Shown in pieces: positions 61,265 to 64,000 of a DNA stretch of 64,000 nt. The notes under the pieces are model-generated. The model was not told where the DNA came from and made no database searches. It worked only from the letters and a program-made list of their open reading frames with translations. The position numbers and the translations under genes are program-made. The stretch covers positions 1,860,001 through 1,924,000 of the forward strand of contig CDPCPM010000091.1 in assembly GCA_976551045.1 (NCBI GenBank). The letters are read 5' to 3'. Numbering within the stretch: position 1 is the first letter of the stretch; the number at the start of each line of letters is the position of its first letter. Source of the stretch: Glaucostegus cemiculus (Eukaryota).

Positions 61265-62095
61265 AGTATTCCTTCTTACTGAACTATGGCTTCCACTCCA
61301 TCACATTTGACAGAGCTCCTAACACCTTTTCATTCTTTCCCACACCTCTGCTCCCAGCCCCTCGTCTCCTGGACAGAGCAAGGATAGAGTTCTCCTTGTC
61401 CTCATGTTCCACCCCACCAGCCTTCATTCTTTGTAACTTCCATCACCTTCAGCAGAATTTCAACACTAAACAAATCTTCTCCTCCCCTTTCAGCATCTTA
61501 AAGGGACCGTTCCCTTTGGCCTACTCCTTCATCTGCACCAACCATTTCCAGGCTACACATTGCAAGTGTAGAAGGTGTAATGCCTGCTTCTTCCTCTCCC
61601 ATATCGGGGGACTCAAACAGTCCTTCCAAATAAAGCAGCGATTCATTTGCAATTCTTCCAAACTACTGCACTGCTTTCAGCTTTCACAACGTGGTCTCTC
61701 CTACACTGGAGACACCAAACACAGATTGGGTGACCATTTTGCTGAACACCTGCATTCAATCCTTAATGGAGGCAACCCTGACCTCCCTGCCATCTCTTTC
61801 TTTAATTCTCTATCCCACTCCCACTCTGACTGACCTAAAAGTGACCTCCTAAGCTGTAAAAACAATCTTCAATATAAGCTTAAGGAACAGCACCTCACTT
61901 TCTGATTCAACATGTTGCAATATTGGATTCTACAGCTTGAGGTTACTCACACGTAACAAAACTAAAACATGTTTGATATCTAACTTATTCCATTTGTGAT
62001 GAGAGGTCATCGACCTGAAGTGTTAACTCGATTTCTTTTACCATAGATGCTGCCTAACTTGTTGAGTATTTCCAGCATTGTCTGTATTTGTTTGA
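61265..62095 (+). mobile_element. Old PLE fragment (linker, GIY-YIG endonuclease, UTR, terminal hammerhead-like motif)
   Basis: SKDRVLLVLMFHPTSL, then ORF 61396-61833 with CKCRRCNAC..GLKQSFQIKQRFICNSSKLLHCFQLSQRGLSYTGDTKHRLGDHFAEHL..FNSLSHSHSD, then KLKEQHLTF. Ends GTGATGAGAGGTCATCGACCTGAAGTGTTAAC..GATGCTGCCTAACTTGTTGAGTATTTCCAGCATT. Confidence 0.88.
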
Positions 62096-63479
62096 ACAAA
62101 GGTCACTTGCCTTCTATCCTGAGAGGCAATTACGATTGTGAATCCCAGTAAGACTAGCTCCACTCAACAATGATAAACCAAACCGACAGATCCAGTGTTT
62201 CTAATCTGCCAGCAAGGTTCGGCTTCTGCCAGACAACATGGATGCAGAAGTCTTGGACTTGCTGCTGCTTGGAACACCAGCATTAGCCAGCAAGACTCAG
62301 CCCTACAGAATGCTAAATGTGAATGCATAATCAGCTGTTAATAACAGCTGAGAAATCAAACTCCAGAATTCCACACCCTCCAAACTGCTCGAATCTTCAA
62401 AAAAGCAGCAAAAGCGTGTAGAATGATCCAGAAATGATAAAAAAAAAAAGCCATAATTAGTTTGGCTGGTCTATTTTGCTGCATGCAATTAAATCAATTG
62501 CACAGAGCAACAGTTCATTACTTTCCTTGGTATTTGATGTGGCCTTCTACAAAGCACTTCTTAAAACTTGACCAATTTGCTGCTGTCACTCTCTTTGATC
62601 AAATCTGAAAGAAGATTTTGTAAGAAAGCTAATCTGCAGAATGCTTATACTGCCTGCATAAGCCAGCTAGAGGGATACTGCCTTTTTATTTATAGCTTAA
62701 CACCAAAATTGCTCAGTGAAAATGGTCCACCCGCAGACTCATTCTTCTAGCACCTTTCCTTTGATAGATTACGTTGAACCTCTTATTTTCTTAATACATA
62801 CTTCACAATTTAGAAATCTTCTAATATCTATATACCTTGGTACATTTTTGCAAAGCTATTCATGTGTAAAGCAATAATATTAAAATGGAAGTTTAAGGCT
62901 GTAAAATTACTAATGGCTAATACCAGAATTGAAATAATGGATAATAAATATCATCTAAGCTCATTCAGCATTTGTCTGCTAATATCACCAGCAGGAATTT
63001 CCAAGCTGCCTATTCTTACTGAATTCCTGAGTGTGCCTATGATTATAACATCTCCAAAGACATCCATACAATTTGCACGATGGGGTTCACACAGGCTCTC
63101 TAGCTCATGCACATTTGATTGTACCTTCTGGCTTATGTTAGCTTTATCCTTGGCTCTTGTACATTTGTATTTTCTCTTGGGTTAGAGAGTTTACTCTCAA
63201 CACATGCTGGACAAAGACTATCCACAGCTTGTCTTTTACAATCAACACGCACAGTTTGATAGTGCATTTTAGATAAACAATCTGAAGGGATATTTTACAC
63301 TGTCAAAGCTGACAGCTAACACTTAATGCTAGAAAAACATATAATAATAAAATGTTATCAAAGTATGAATTGGAGAGGTTTTGCTTTCATCCATGCCCTC
63401 TTCTTTTAACTCATTTAAATGGTTTGTATATTTTAAATCAACCTAATCGCCTGCTGAAAGCTCACTATTAATACAAGTG

Positions 63480-63620
63480 TTTATTTTTCAGGTGTAGACC
63501 CTTCATTGGAACTAAAGGCAGTTCTGATAAAGGGCCCTAACATGTGAGGTATTGACCTATTTACTCCATTGGTTCTGATGCACCATTCATGGGATTTTGT
63601 TATTATTTCAGTTTACAGTG
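63480..63620. mobile_element. Fold-back pair of PLE ends with two back-to-back hammerhead-like cores
   Basis: TTTCAGGTGTAGACCCTTCATTGGAACT (minus) - AAAGG - CAGTTCTGATAAAGGGCCCT (plus). Confidence 0.6.
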
Positions 63621-63809
63621 AAGCATTGTCGATTAATATCTGTTTTCTTTCTTTTTTCTGATTGTCCCTTCTCCACCCGTACCCTGTGCAATACAGAGCC
63701 ACACACAGTGGGCGCCCATCCCTTACTGTGTTCAAGGGCCACTCTTCATGTATGATTACGTGTTCAAGCTGGATACTTAGTGCAGAAATCCATCACAGCC
63801 AGATTTGAT

Positions 63810-63970
63810 CCTTGGTGTCACGTGCAGCAGAGCTGATGGCACTCCAGTCAGAATCAGGAGCTTGATGGTTCTAATGAGCACGTAAACCTAGAGTTCAGTG
63901 CTGAAAGGATGTTGCACTGTCAGCAGTGCTACTCTCTGAGTCACTGTTAAAGAAGAGTGGGGAAGTTATC
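63810..63970 (+). mobile_element. LF-SINE-like 5' fragment
   Basis: GGCACTC..AGTCAGAA..TGAGCACGTAAACCTAG..CAGTGCTGAAAGGATGTTGCACTGTCAGCAGTGC..GAAGAGTGGGGAAGTTATCCC. Confidence 0.5.
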
Positions 63971-64000
63971 CCCCCCCCCCCCACCGAATCCTCACCAATA

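Noticed and set aside
63970-63982. Poly-C run near the window end
   Set aside because: A simple homopolymer whose length is prone to sequencing error.

Overview
This is eukaryotic, AT-rich, CpG-depleted, repeat-dense DNA. The repeat set (CR1 LINEs, V-SINEs, LF-SINE-like SINEs, Penelope-like elements, Rex1/Babar, RTE, L2 and Harbinger remnants) suggests a cartilaginous fish, possibly a ray; this is inference, not a database result. I recognise no host protein-coding gene, rRNA or tRNA gene, so the window looks intronic or intergenic, with only weak candidate exons. The long ORFs are all retroelement-derived. Most notable: (1) a 5'-truncated Rex1/Babar LINE inserted, with a 5-bp TSD, into the RT of a CR1 copy, giving an in-frame 514-codon CR1/Rex1 hybrid RT ORF; (2) about 15 Penelope-like 3' ends, many with degenerate minimal type-I hammerhead ribozyme motifs and many arranged as short fold-back inverted pairs; (3) several nested insertions with readable TSDs; (4) a non-repetitive segment with six CAGCTG E-boxes. 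Boundaries of old repeats are approximate (tens of bp), and family names come from remembered motifs, not searches.
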